Positions 17,682-25,606 of a stretch of 36,736 nucleotides of DNA are shown in pieces; the first letter of the stretch is position 1, and every line of letters starts with the position of its first letter. Both the position numbers and the translations under genes were made by a program. The notes under the pieces were generated by a model. That model was not told where the DNA came from. It made no database searches and worked only from the letters and a program-made list of their open reading frames with translations. Source of the stretch: an uncultured Gammaproteobacteria bacterium. Its GTDB lineage: Bacteria > Patescibacteriota > Microgenomatia > Levybacterales > UBA12049. The stretch spans positions 1-36,736 of the forward strand of contig CAYORA010000004.1 in the NCBI GenBank assembly GCA_964406285.1, given 5' to 3'.

Positions 17682-18935
17682 TTAAATTACTTCTACTTTT
17701 GGAAGAGGAAATATAAAATGGCCGCCTTTTTTAAGATAATTCTTTTCTCTTATTAAAAATTCTTCTCTAAAAAACCAAGGTAAAACGATCATGTAGTCAG
17801 GTTGGTTAATTCTAGCTTGTTCTTCGGAAATGATCGGAATTCCGACTGATGCGATGACTTTCCCATGTTTTTCAGTATTTCTTTCAACGGCGAATTTAAT
17901 AAGTGAATTATCAATTTCGAAATATTGAAGAAGAGTATTTCCTCGAGTAGATGCGCCATAAAGATATATCGTTTTTTTATCTTTTTGTAATTTTTGAATT
18001 AGGTTTAATAGTTCTTTTTTGTTAGCTTCAATTCTTTTTGCAAAATCCTTGTAGGTTTTTTTATTCTCCAGTTTTAACTCTTTTTCATTGTCTCTAACTT
18101 TTTGAACATTTTTCGAAATTTCTCTTTTCCCTTTTAAAGCGATATAAGTTCTAAAACTTCCACCGTTTAAAGCTCTCATTTCTACATCAAAAATTTCCAG
18201 CCCATGTCTGTCAAGAAGATTTGTTAACGATAAGAGCGAGTAATACTCGAGGTGCTCATGAACTATATTATCGAATGCGTTTAATTTAAGCATGCCTACT
18301 AAATAATTTTGCTGTATTACGAATATACCGTCTTCATTCATTATTTTTTTAACGTCTGAGACAAATTTATTTGGATCTTCCATGTCATAAAAACATGAAA
18401 TTGCTGTGACGATATCCATTTTTTTATTTTTTATTTTTTTTGAAAATGCTTCAAAACTAAAGAAGTCATTAATTACTTTATTAGAATATTTCTTACTTTC
18501 TATTGCAAATTTTTCAATTGGTTCTACTGCGATTCTATAAACATTTTTTGGATAATTGCTCAAAAGCGTACCGTCATTCGCACCGATGTCTACTACAGAA
18601 ATTTCTTTCAGTGGTTTCTTTATTTTTTTAAGTGATTCTTTAACGATTCCATTTAATTCATCTTTCATAGTTTTGTTAATTCCTGATTTATATCCATACC
18701 TTTCCGTGTATAGGGAGGACTTAGGGGTAGTATGTTTGAGTTGAAGCAAAAAGCATTTTTTGCATAGAACAAGAGTTAAGGGAAATGCTTTAGGTTTTCT
18801 TTTTGTTTTTAAGAAGTCTGAAAGATGAAGATTCCCAAGAGAAATAATTTCAACTAAATCCTTTGAGTTACAAGACCTGCATTTTTTAATCGAAAGAGAT
18901 TTGGGGGTGCTTTTTTTGTTTCGATTTTTTTGCAT
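17682..18935 (-). CDS. NDP-hexose C-methyltransferase (TylCIII/TcaB9-like three-domain architecture), paralog 1
   Basis: N-terminal Zn ribbon CRSCNS...LCKKCFLLQL, SAM motif VVDIGANDGTLL, conserved FDNIVHEHLEYYS, and a C-terminal Rossmann-like domain IYLYGASTRGNTLLQY...DYMIVLPWFF. Confidence 0.8.
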   Translation of the reverse strand: MQKNRNKKSTPKSLSIKKCRSCNSKDLVEIISLGNLHLSDFLKTKRKPKAFPLTLVLCKKCFLLQLKHTTPKSSLYTERYGYKSGINKTMKDELNGIVKESLKKIKKPLKEISVVDIGANDGTLLSNYPKNVYRIAVEPIEKFAIESKKYSNKVINDFFSFEAFSKKIKNKKMDIVTAISCFYDMEDPNKFVSDVKKIMNEDGIFVIQQNYLVGMLKLNAFDNIVHEHLEYYSLLSLTNLLDRHGLEIFDVEMRALNGGSFRTYIALKGKREISKNVQKVRDNEKELKLENKKTYKDFAKRIEANKKELLNLIQKLQKDKKTIYLYGASTRGNTLLQYFEIDNSLIKFAVERNTEKHGKVIASVGIPIISEEQARINQPDYMIVLPWFFREEFLIREKNYLKKGGHFIFPLPKVEVI

Positions 18936-18941
18936 GCAGAC

Positions 18942-18951
18942 ATAATATACA
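18942..18951 (-). promoter_or_regulatory. -10 region TGTATATTAT, 6-8 nt upstream of ATG 18935 (leaderless configuration)
   Basis: The minus strand reads ttTGTATATTATgtctgcATG. Confidence 0.4.
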
Positions 18952-19021
18952 AACCTAAATTAAATGACAAGATCGAATTCATATTTTATTTTAAGAAGTG
19001 TTAGACTATGCGTAAATAGTT

Positions 19022-19030
19022 TGCTAATAT
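19022..19030 (+). promoter_or_regulatory. extended -10 box TGcTAATAT, 12 nt upstream of rfbC ATG 19043
   Basis: tTGCTAATATacgaatcgttctATG. Confidence 0.45.
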
Positions 19031-19042
19031 ACGAATCGTTCT

Positions 19043-19567
19043 ATGAAATTTACTAAAACTAAGTTTAATGAATTACTGATAGTTGAAACAGATCAGTTTG
19101 ATGACGAAAGAGGATATTTGGCTAAATATTATGATGAAGATTTTTATAAAAAAAATAATATTAAATTTAAATTAACCCAAGTAAAATTTGTTTCCACCAA
19201 AACAAAAGCAACTATAAGAGGTCTTCACATGCAGTCAAAACCATATGAGGAGGCAAAAATTGTCAGATGTGTAAAAGGAAAAATATTTGAAGTTGCATTG
19301 GATTTAAGAAAAAACTCTAAAACTTATGGCAAGTGGTTTGGTCAGGAGTTTTCCGAAGATGATAAAAAATGTCTTTATATTCCTAAGGGTTTTGCGCATG
19401 GATACCAAACTCTTGTAAATAACACTGATGTCCTATATTTAATGTCAGGAGAATTTTCATTGCTACATAATATTGGCTATAGATGGAATGATCCCGCTTT
19501 TGGTATTTCCTGGCCCCTAAAACCAACTGTAATGGCCCAGAAAGATAAAAATTGGCCACTGGTATGA
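19043..19567 (+). CDS. rfbC: dTDP-4-dehydrorhamnose 3,5-epimerase
   Basis: DERGYL, RGLHMQ, KIVRCVKGKIFEVALDLRKNSKTYGKW, LYIPKGFAHGYQTL, and YRWNDPAFGISWP are canonical RmlC cupin motifs. Confidence 0.93.
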   Translation: MKFTKTKFNELLIVETDQFDDERGYLAKYYDEDFYKKNNIKFKLTQVKFVSTKTKATIRGLHMQSKPYEEAKIVRCVKGKIFEVALDLRKNSKTYGKWFGQEFSEDDKKCLYIPKGFAHGYQTLVNNTDVLYLMSGEFSLLHNIGYRWNDPAFGISWPLKPTVMAQKDKNWPLV

Positions 19568-20430
19568 CTGACTACTTAATTATTGGAAAAAATGGACAGC
19601 TTGGAAATGCTCTATTTGAAAATTTAACAAAACGTAATCAAAGTTTTGTGGCATATTCAAGGAAAGAATTAGATATAACTGATAAAAAATCACTAGTAAG
19701 AATATTGAAAAAAACCAAACCGAAAGCAATCATTAACACCTCTGCCTATCATGTAATTGGAGAGTGCGAAGAAAATCCACTTGAAGCGTTTAGAATTAAC
19801 TGCGTTAGTGTTGCAAATTTGGCAAGATTGTCAAAGGAGATTGGCTCTATTTTTGTTACATATAGCACTAATTATGTTTTTGATGGAGCAAAAAATTCTC
19901 TTTATCGGGAAGATGATAAAGCATATCCTTTGCAAATGTACGGGTTAAGTAAATATGCAGGGGAAATAAATGCTCTTAATGAATACAGTAAGGGAACTTA
20001 TGTCATAAGAACGTGTGGGATTTATGGAAATGGTAAGAAGGGTAGTAGGAGTAAAAAGGGGAACTTTATTTTAAAAATTTTAAATGAGTCAAAAAAAAGT
20101 GGGGAAATAAAAGTGAGTAAAAAACAAATAGTTAACCCGACATACGCATACGATTTAGCGAGCTCTACAGTTGATTTAATTAATCTAAAACCTGCTTCTG
20201 GAATTTATCATCTGGTAAATGAAGGAATTTGCAGTTGGTATGACTTTACTAAAATGATATTAAAATACAAAAAAATAAATGCCAAAGTAATAGCGCTGGG
20301 TAGTAAAGAGGAGAATACGGGATTTAAAAGGCCAACTTACTCTGCCATAGGAAACTATAAAGCGAAAAAACTTGGAGTGGTGCTTCCTCAAATTAATTCA
20401 GGACTGGAAAGATATCTAGATGAAATATAA
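19564..20430 (+). CDS. rfbD: dTDP-4-dehydrorhamnose reductase
   Basis: YLIIGKNGQLGNAL (Rossmann), INTSAYHVIGECEENPLEAFRINCVSVANLA, and YGLSKYAGE (catalytic YxxxK). ATG 19564 overlaps the rfbC stop as ATGA, so it is preferred over the track TTG at 19552. Confidence 0.9.
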   Translation: MTDYLIIGKNGQLGNALFENLTKRNQSFVAYSRKELDITDKKSLVRILKKTKPKAIINTSAYHVIGECEENPLEAFRINCVSVANLARLSKEIGSIFVTYSTNYVFDGAKNSLYREDDKAYPLQMYGLSKYAGEINALNEYSKGTYVIRTCGIYGNGKKGSRSKKGNFILKILNESKKSGEIKVSKKQIVNPTYAYDLASSTVDLINLKPASGIYHLVNEGICSWYDFTKMILKYKKINAKVIALGSKEENTGFKRPTYSAIGNYKAKKLGVVLPQINSGLERYLDEI

Positions 20431-20662
20431 AAATATATTTTTACTTACAGGGGTTTTTTATGTCTTATTTCTTTTAGTTTTTTTATATTCATTTAGATAC
20501 TTAAGAACTTTTTTTCCACCTGCGGAAATTTCGGATTATAAGATAATTGGCTATTCACATTATTATGGGTATCCGTTTTATTTTGATACGCTAGCATTCT
20601 TTATTATTGTCACCTTCCCTAGTCTAATATTTATTTTTTTATGGAGATTAAGAAAAAAATAA
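20420..20662 (+). CDS. small two-TM membrane protein, possibly the N-terminal part of the following gene
   Basis: 80-aa ORF with two hydrophobic helices. It overlaps rfbD by 11 nt and ends in A AAA AAA TAA, inside the start of the next ORF. Confidence 0.45.
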   Translation: MKYKNIFLLTGVFYVLFLLVFLYSFRYLRTFFPPAEISDYKIIGYSHYYGYPFYFDTLAFFIIVTFPSLIFIFLWRLRKK

Positions 20663-22614
20663 TTAGGAAAAATTATAAAGAAATTGGAATAATTTTAATA
20701 TTAAATCTTCTTGCAATTACGGTTAATGTTATTTCCCATTGTTCAGGTTATTTAAAATTTGCAAACTTTGATTATCAAGCATTTTTAGCTTGGAACTATG
20801 CTGCATTTACAGATTTAGTTCCCTATAGAGATTTGTATTATCCCTATGGACTTCTTTCCTACTATAAAGATAGTAATATTTTCTTTTTATTGCTTTATAT
20901 CTTCTTATCATTAATAACCATAAATTTACTGATTTTCACACTTATCCAAATATTTAGAAATAAATTTATAGCTTATTTTACGATAATTATGTTTTTCGCA
21001 TTCACTATTTTAATTTCAAATTTCAGTACTTTAAATAGATATGGAATTTCCACAGTATTTGCTTTAACTATATCCTACATATTTTACAAAGGAGTTAATA
21101 GTCGAAAATTTTATTTTGTTTCTGGCTTAATGCTCTCATCTATTTTTTGGTTAGTACACGATCAGGGAATTTTTGGATTAATAATTTTTGTCTTTTTTTA
21201 TTTATTTAGAAAGGTTAGTGAATACAAAAATAAAGAAAAGACAAATCTTTTAAAATCAGTACTAAATGACTCATTATATTTTTTAACAGGTTTTTTGGTG
21301 GGTCTTATTCCATTTATTATTTATCTAACAAAAAACAGCGCATTAACAGATTTCTGGTATTTTTTAACAGTAAGCCTCCCGGAATTTCCCGTTATGTCAA
21401 AGACTCCATTCTTTAATTTGTTTTTTTCGGTAAATAATATTTTTACTGTTGGAGTTTTATCTCTATCAATTCTTTTTTTAGTTTATAAATTATTAAATAA
21501 AGAAAAGATTGCGCTCTTTACCTACACGGAGATTTCATTAACGTTAACCTTACTCCTTTTAGAACAAAAGAACATTGTCAGATTAATGGAGCATGCAATT
21601 ACTTTTGTTGCGTTTATTCTTTTTGCAATTATATTATGGGAAGTTTTAAAGTTAAAAATAATAACTGAAAAAACAAAGAAAAAAATTTACCTAATGACGT
21701 TATTTTTAATTTTGATATTTTTTTACTTTCCATATGGAAATCGTTCAGGGATCAACTCCGCTTCAGATTTAAAAATTAAACCATTAAATTGCTACGCATC
21801 TAATATTAATAAAGCAAAAAACCTCGATGAATATCAAAGAGTTGTTGAAGGTTTAAGCAAATATAAAAACTTTAATAATAAAATATTTAGTTTTCCAGGG
21901 GATCCAATTTTCTATATTCTTTTAAATCAAAAACTTCCTTTTTACCCTAGTGTTTATGAAGCATCTTCTGAAAAGTCACAGTTCCAGGTAATTAAATATT
22001 TGAAAAACGAGGATATTAAATATGTCGTAATTAACAGTGAGAATAAGTCAATTCAAGACGAAGTGCCAAATTATATTAGGGCTACTTATGAATTGAGATA
22101 CATTCTTAATAATTATGTCTTTAGGGATAAGATCGGCAAATTTTTAATACTAGAAAAGAAAGAAAATACTGATTTTTTTACAAAGCTAAATGATCCTTTA
22201 GTTGCTGAGTATCAAAAATTTCTTCTTAATATAAATTTGGAATCGGTCCCTTATTCAGAAGGTTTACATAAGAATAAAATTATTACAGATAAAAAGAATA
22301 AATTTTTAACGGAAGATTTAAGTCAAGCAAAGACAAACGAATATCTTAAAAATAATAAAACTAATTCGAGCAATCTTTTCCTACTTATTAAAAATAAAAG
22401 CTCTAATGATTATTATTCGTTAAAATTTAGGACAGTTGATGGTTTTGAGACAAATGTAAAAATGAAATCGTGCAAAGAAAACTACTGTATAGTTAACTTA
22501 TCAAGGTTACCTTTATTTTATAAAATGCGAGAAATTCAAAGCATCAGATCAAAAGACGAAATTTTAGTAAGCATTTTAATGCCATCAAATGATAATATTA
22601 CGAAGCTATGGTAA
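20641..22614 (+). CDS. polytopic membrane protein with large C-terminal extracytoplasmic domain (GT-C-like or polymerase-like, family unknown)
   Basis: About 12 hydrophobic segments in the first ~370 aa. The first loop is aromatic/acidic: FDYQAFLAWNYAAFTDLVPYRDLYYPYG. About 280 hydrophilic residues follow. I recognise no specific family. Confidence 0.55.
   Translation: MEIKKKIIRKNYKEIGIILILNLLAITVNVISHCSGYLKFANFDYQAFLAWNYAAFTDLVPYRDLYYPYGLLSYYKDSNIFFLLLYIFLSLITINLLIFTLIQIFRNKFIAYFTIIMFFAFTILISNFSTLNRYGISTVFALTISYIFYKGVNSRKFYFVSGLMLSSIFWLVHDQGIFGLIIFVFFYLFRKVSEYKNKEKTNLLKSVLNDSLYFLTGFLVGLIPFIIYLTKNSALTDFWYFLTVSLPEFPVMSKTPFFNLFFSVNNIFTVGVLSLSILFLVYKLLNKEKIALFTYTEISLTLTLLLLEQKNIVRLMEHAITFVAFILFAIILWEVLKLKIITEKTKKKIYLMTLFLILIFFYFPYGNRSGINSASDLKIKPLNCYASNINKAKNLDEYQRVVEGLSKYKNFNNKIFSFPGDPIFYILLNQKLPFYPSVYEASSEKSQFQVIKYLKNEDIKYVVINSENKSIQDEVPNYIRATYELRYILNNYVFRDKIGKFLILEKKENTDFFTKLNDPLVAEYQKFLLNINLESVPYSEGLHKNKIITDKKNKFLTEDLSQAKTNEYLKNNKTNSSNLFLLIKNKSSNDYYSLKFRTVDGFETNVKMKSCKENYCIVNLSRLPLFYKMREIQSIRSKDEILVSILMPSNDNITKLW
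20653..20662 (+). other. A AAA AAA heptamer in X XXY YYZ register immediately followed by TAA (candidate -1 frameshift or homopolymer-error site)
   Basis: ORF 20420 reads aga aaa aaa taa. The -1 frame is exactly the frame of ORF 20641 (aaa aaa ata att). Confidence 0.35.
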
Positions 22615-23345
22615 AGGCAAAAAATATTTGTTTAGTAATTCCTGCTTATAATGAGTCAAAGAACATTCCGTTGGTTGTTAAAGGAATTAGGAAAGAATTT
22701 CCAAATTCCAGAATTATTGTCGTTGATGATTCACTTGAGCCTGAAAGTAACAAAACTAGAGGTGCATTAAAAGGATTTAGGAATCTTGACGTTATTTCAA
22801 GGAAGAAAAAACTTGGGAGAGGGAGTGCAGTGTTAGAAGGTTTTAAATACGGATTAAAATATAAAAACGCTAAATATTTCTATGAAATAGATGCTGATTT
22901 TTCACATGACACAACACACCTGATTAGATTTATGAAGAAAATGAATGAAGAAAAAGTAGGGATGGTTATTGGTTCGCGATATACGAAAGGAGGAAAATCT
23001 TTAAATGTGACTTTGAAGAGAAAATTACTTAGCAAGATGATAAATAAATTTCTATTCGTAATGCTCGATGTAAGATTGTCTGATTACACATCTGGATACA
23101 GACTATATGAAAGAAAAGCAGTTGAATATTTAGCAAAAGCGAAAATGAAATCTTCAGGGTTTATAACGCTTTCAGAAATAACATACAAGTTAAATAAAAA
23201 AGGTTTTAAAATAGGTGAGGTTCCTGTTACTATTTCTACAAGAAAATACGGTAAATCAACAATGGGTCTTCATGAGTTGACTACATCTCTTTTGTTTATT
23301 CTAAAAATGAAAATTGAAGAAGAGTATTTGACTAAATTAAAATAA
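22608..23345 (+). CDS. DPM1-like polyprenyl-phosphate glycosyltransferase (GT2)
   Basis: LVIPAYNESKNI, IIVVDDS, EIDADFSHDTTHL, GSRYTKGG, DYTSGYRLYE, TRKYGKSTM. Overlaps the upstream membrane-protein gene by 7 nt. Confidence 0.88.
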   Translation: MVKAKNICLVIPAYNESKNIPLVVKGIRKEFPNSRIIVVDDSLEPESNKTRGALKGFRNLDVISRKKKLGRGSAVLEGFKYGLKYKNAKYFYEIDADFSHDTTHLIRFMKKMNEEKVGMVIGSRYTKGGKSLNVTLKRKLLSKMINKFLFVMLDVRLSDYTSGYRLYERKAVEYLAKAKMKSSGFITLSEITYKLNKKGFKIGEVPVTISTRKYGKSTMGLHELTTSLLFILKMKIEEEYLTKLK

Positions 23346-23347
23346 AC

Positions 23348-24586
23348 TCAAACTATTTGAGGGGTCGGGATTGCTAAAATAAATTTTCCTCCATTTTTTC
23401 GAAAAGTGTGTTCTCTTTGAAGTATTGCGTGACTATAGTTCCATACTAATAATAAATAATAATCTGGTCTTTTTTTCTCTGTACCGGTAACTGGTATATG
23501 GGTACCGGGAGTGTAGAGGCCAAATTTATATTCAGTTCTGTCTAAAATATAATCCAGATAATTTGTGTTTATACCGCAGTAATTAAGCAGCGTATTTGAT
23601 TTCGCAGAAGCACCATATCCAGCAATAGAGTACCCTTCTTTTTTTAAATTTTCTAGAATATTCACAAGCTTATTTTTAATGTAATTCACACGGCTCGGCA
23701 TTCCTTTATAGGTGTTTAGTTCTTGAAGTCCAATTTCTTTTTCATTTCTTAGCATTTGGTTAACACTTTTTTTCACTTTTCTGTTATTTGATGAATGAGT
23801 AATATAAAATCTTATCGATCCTCCTTGCGTGTCGTGTTCCTCCACATCAATAATTTTAAGTCCAATTTTTTTTACTAACATATTTAATGGAGAAAGAGAA
23901 AAGAAGGAGCGATGTTCATGATAAACATTGTCAAATTGATTATTAAATAATAAAAACGGAAAATACTGACATTCAATTACTGCAATACCATTTTTTGAGA
24001 GCATTATTTTTATTCCATTTATAAAATCCTTAGGATCTGTTACGTGAGCTATAACATTATTTGCGATTATTATCCCAGCTTTTCCTTTTTCTTCAGAAAT
24101 TTTTTTTGCTGTGCTGCTATTAAAAAAATATGGGAGAGTTTCTATCTTTTGGCTATTTGCATAATCAACTACGTTTTTAGCGGGATCAATTCCTAGAATT
24201 TTACATCCTGCTTTTTGAAAATGTTTAAGTAATGTACCATCATTGCTTGCAACTTCTAAAGTGAAATTTTTCGCTTCTTTTGGAAATCTTTCGAGAACGT
24301 CCATTGCATATTTTTTGAAATATGGAATTGACGATGGGGAGCCACCTGTATAAAAAGCATAATTATTTCCAAATAAGAGTTCATCATTTACATCATGTTT
24401 TAGTTGAACTAAAAAGCACGATTTACAAACTACTACTATTAATGGGAATTTTTTTTCTTTTACATCGGGAGATTTTATAAATAAATCTGCAAGTGGCATT
24501 TTGCCTAAATCTAAAACCTGAAGGAGCCTTTTACTTCCACAAATCCTACACTCATTTCTTTCCTTTACAAGTTTATTAAGTTTCAT
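23348..24586 (-). CDS. NDP-hexose C-methyltransferase (TylCIII/TcaB9-like), paralog 2
   Basis: Zn ribbon CRICGSKRLLQVLDLGKMPLADLF...VCKSCFLVQL, SAM motif LEVASNDGTLL, FDNVYHEHRSFFS, and C-terminal IAGYGASAKSNTLLNY...DYYLLLVWNY. Confidence 0.85.
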   Translation of the reverse strand: MKLNKLVKERNECRICGSKRLLQVLDLGKMPLADLFIKSPDVKEKKFPLIVVVCKSCFLVQLKHDVNDELLFGNNYAFYTGGSPSSIPYFKKYAMDVLERFPKEAKNFTLEVASNDGTLLKHFQKAGCKILGIDPAKNVVDYANSQKIETLPYFFNSSTAKKISEEKGKAGIIIANNVIAHVTDPKDFINGIKIMLSKNGIAVIECQYFPFLLFNNQFDNVYHEHRSFFSLSPLNMLVKKIGLKIIDVEEHDTQGGSIRFYITHSSNNRKVKKSVNQMLRNEKEIGLQELNTYKGMPSRVNYIKNKLVNILENLKKEGYSIAGYGASAKSNTLLNYCGINTNYLDYILDRTEYKFGLYTPGTHIPVTGTEKKRPDYYLLLVWNYSHAILQREHTFRKNGGKFILAIPTPQIV

Positions 24587-24611
24587 TATGCTTATTTTTC
24601 ATTTTTTGAAT

Positions 24612-24639
24612 ATTCTAACAAAAAATACTTTTTAATCAA
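24612..24639 (-). promoter_or_regulatory. promoter TTGATT-N16-(TGt)TAGAAT for the minus-strand C-methyltransferase gene
   Basis: The minus strand reads cTTGATTaaaaagtatttttTGTTAGAAT. ATG 24586 is 25 nt downstream. Confidence 0.5.
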
Positions 24640-24641
24640 GC

Positions 24642-24669
24642 TTGATTAGGCAAAATACTAATGTATAAT
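24642..24669 (+). promoter_or_regulatory. promoter TTGATT-N16-(TG)TATAAT for GT2 gene 24685
   Basis: -35 at 24642-24647 and -10 at 24664-24669. ATG is 15 nt downstream. Confidence 0.55.
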
Positions 24670-24684
24670 CTTGGTTTATAGGCA

Positions 24685-25554
24685 ATGAAAAATAAACCTC
24701 TCGTTACAATAATTACACCCACCTATAACAGGGCCCCATTTTTAAAAGAAACTATCCTAAGTGTTCTAAATCAGAATTACAAAAATATTGAATATATTAT
24801 TCTTGATGGAGACTCATCAGATAACACTAGAGAAGTTGTTGGGGAATTTGGTAAAAAAGTTATCTTTGACTCGCATAAAAACAAGGGAGAGCAATATGCC
24901 GTTAATAAAGGATTGAAAATGGCAAAAGGAGAAATAATTGGCATAATTAATTCAGATGATCCAATGCTTCCTGGAGCAGTTAGTGAAGTAGTAAAAGTAA
25001 TGACGGAAAACCCAAAACTGGTGGGTGTTTATTCAGACTGGATAAAAATTGATGAAAAAGGTAAAAAAATCGATAAAGTAATTCTTCCCGAATATAGCCT
25101 TTCATATATGCTAAAAAATTATAATATGACACCTGGTCCAATTACTTTTTATCGAAAAGAGGTAATTAAGAAATTAAAAAAGAGAGATGAAAAGTTTAAA
25201 TATGTAAGCGATTTTGATTTTGTGCTTAGAGCTGCTTTGATTGGAGACTTTAAGCGCATTCCTAAGTTCCTGGGAGCTTTTAGGATTCATAAAGGCGCTG
25301 CTACGCTAAGGCACAGAGGGCTAGAAATGGCCATGGGGCATTTTAGGCTTTTGAATAAGATATATTCACTGCCTAATATTCCCGATGAGGCAATTAGAGT
25401 AAAAAAACAAGCTTATTTTAAGGCAGGGGAGGCAGCAAGAATATCCCGAGGAGAAAATCCTATTACCAAAATTATTGTTTCTTTGGTTTGTCTGTATTAT
25501 TCGCCTGTGCTTTACCTAAAGCTCTTTATTTCCCATAGATTAAAAGGCATTTAG
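24685..25554 (+). CDS. GT2-family glycosyltransferase
   Basis: VTIITPTYNRAPFLKETILSVLNQNY, ILDGDSSDNT, and INSDD (DxD) are typical of GT2. Confidence 0.85.
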   Translation: MKNKPLVTIITPTYNRAPFLKETILSVLNQNYKNIEYIILDGDSSDNTREVVGEFGKKVIFDSHKNKGEQYAVNKGLKMAKGEIIGIINSDDPMLPGAVSEVVKVMTENPKLVGVYSDWIKIDEKGKKIDKVILPEYSLSYMLKNYNMTPGPITFYRKEVIKKLKKRDEKFKYVSDFDFVLRAALIGDFKRIPKFLGAFRIHKGAATLRHRGLEMAMGHFRLLNKIYSLPNIPDEAIRVKKQAYFKAGEAARISRGENPITKIIVSLVCLYYSPVLYLKLFISHRLKGI

Positions 25555-25606
25555 ATTATATTGTTAAGGTTAAATCCATGTGTTAATATAATTCACGTTA
25601 AGTTAG

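Noticed and set aside
23347-23361. Hairpin CTCAAA-cta-TTTGAG at the 22608/23348 convergent junction, as a terminator.
   Set aside because: The stem is only 6 bp and AT-rich, it has no flanking U-tract, and it lies within the coding 3' end of the minus-strand gene.
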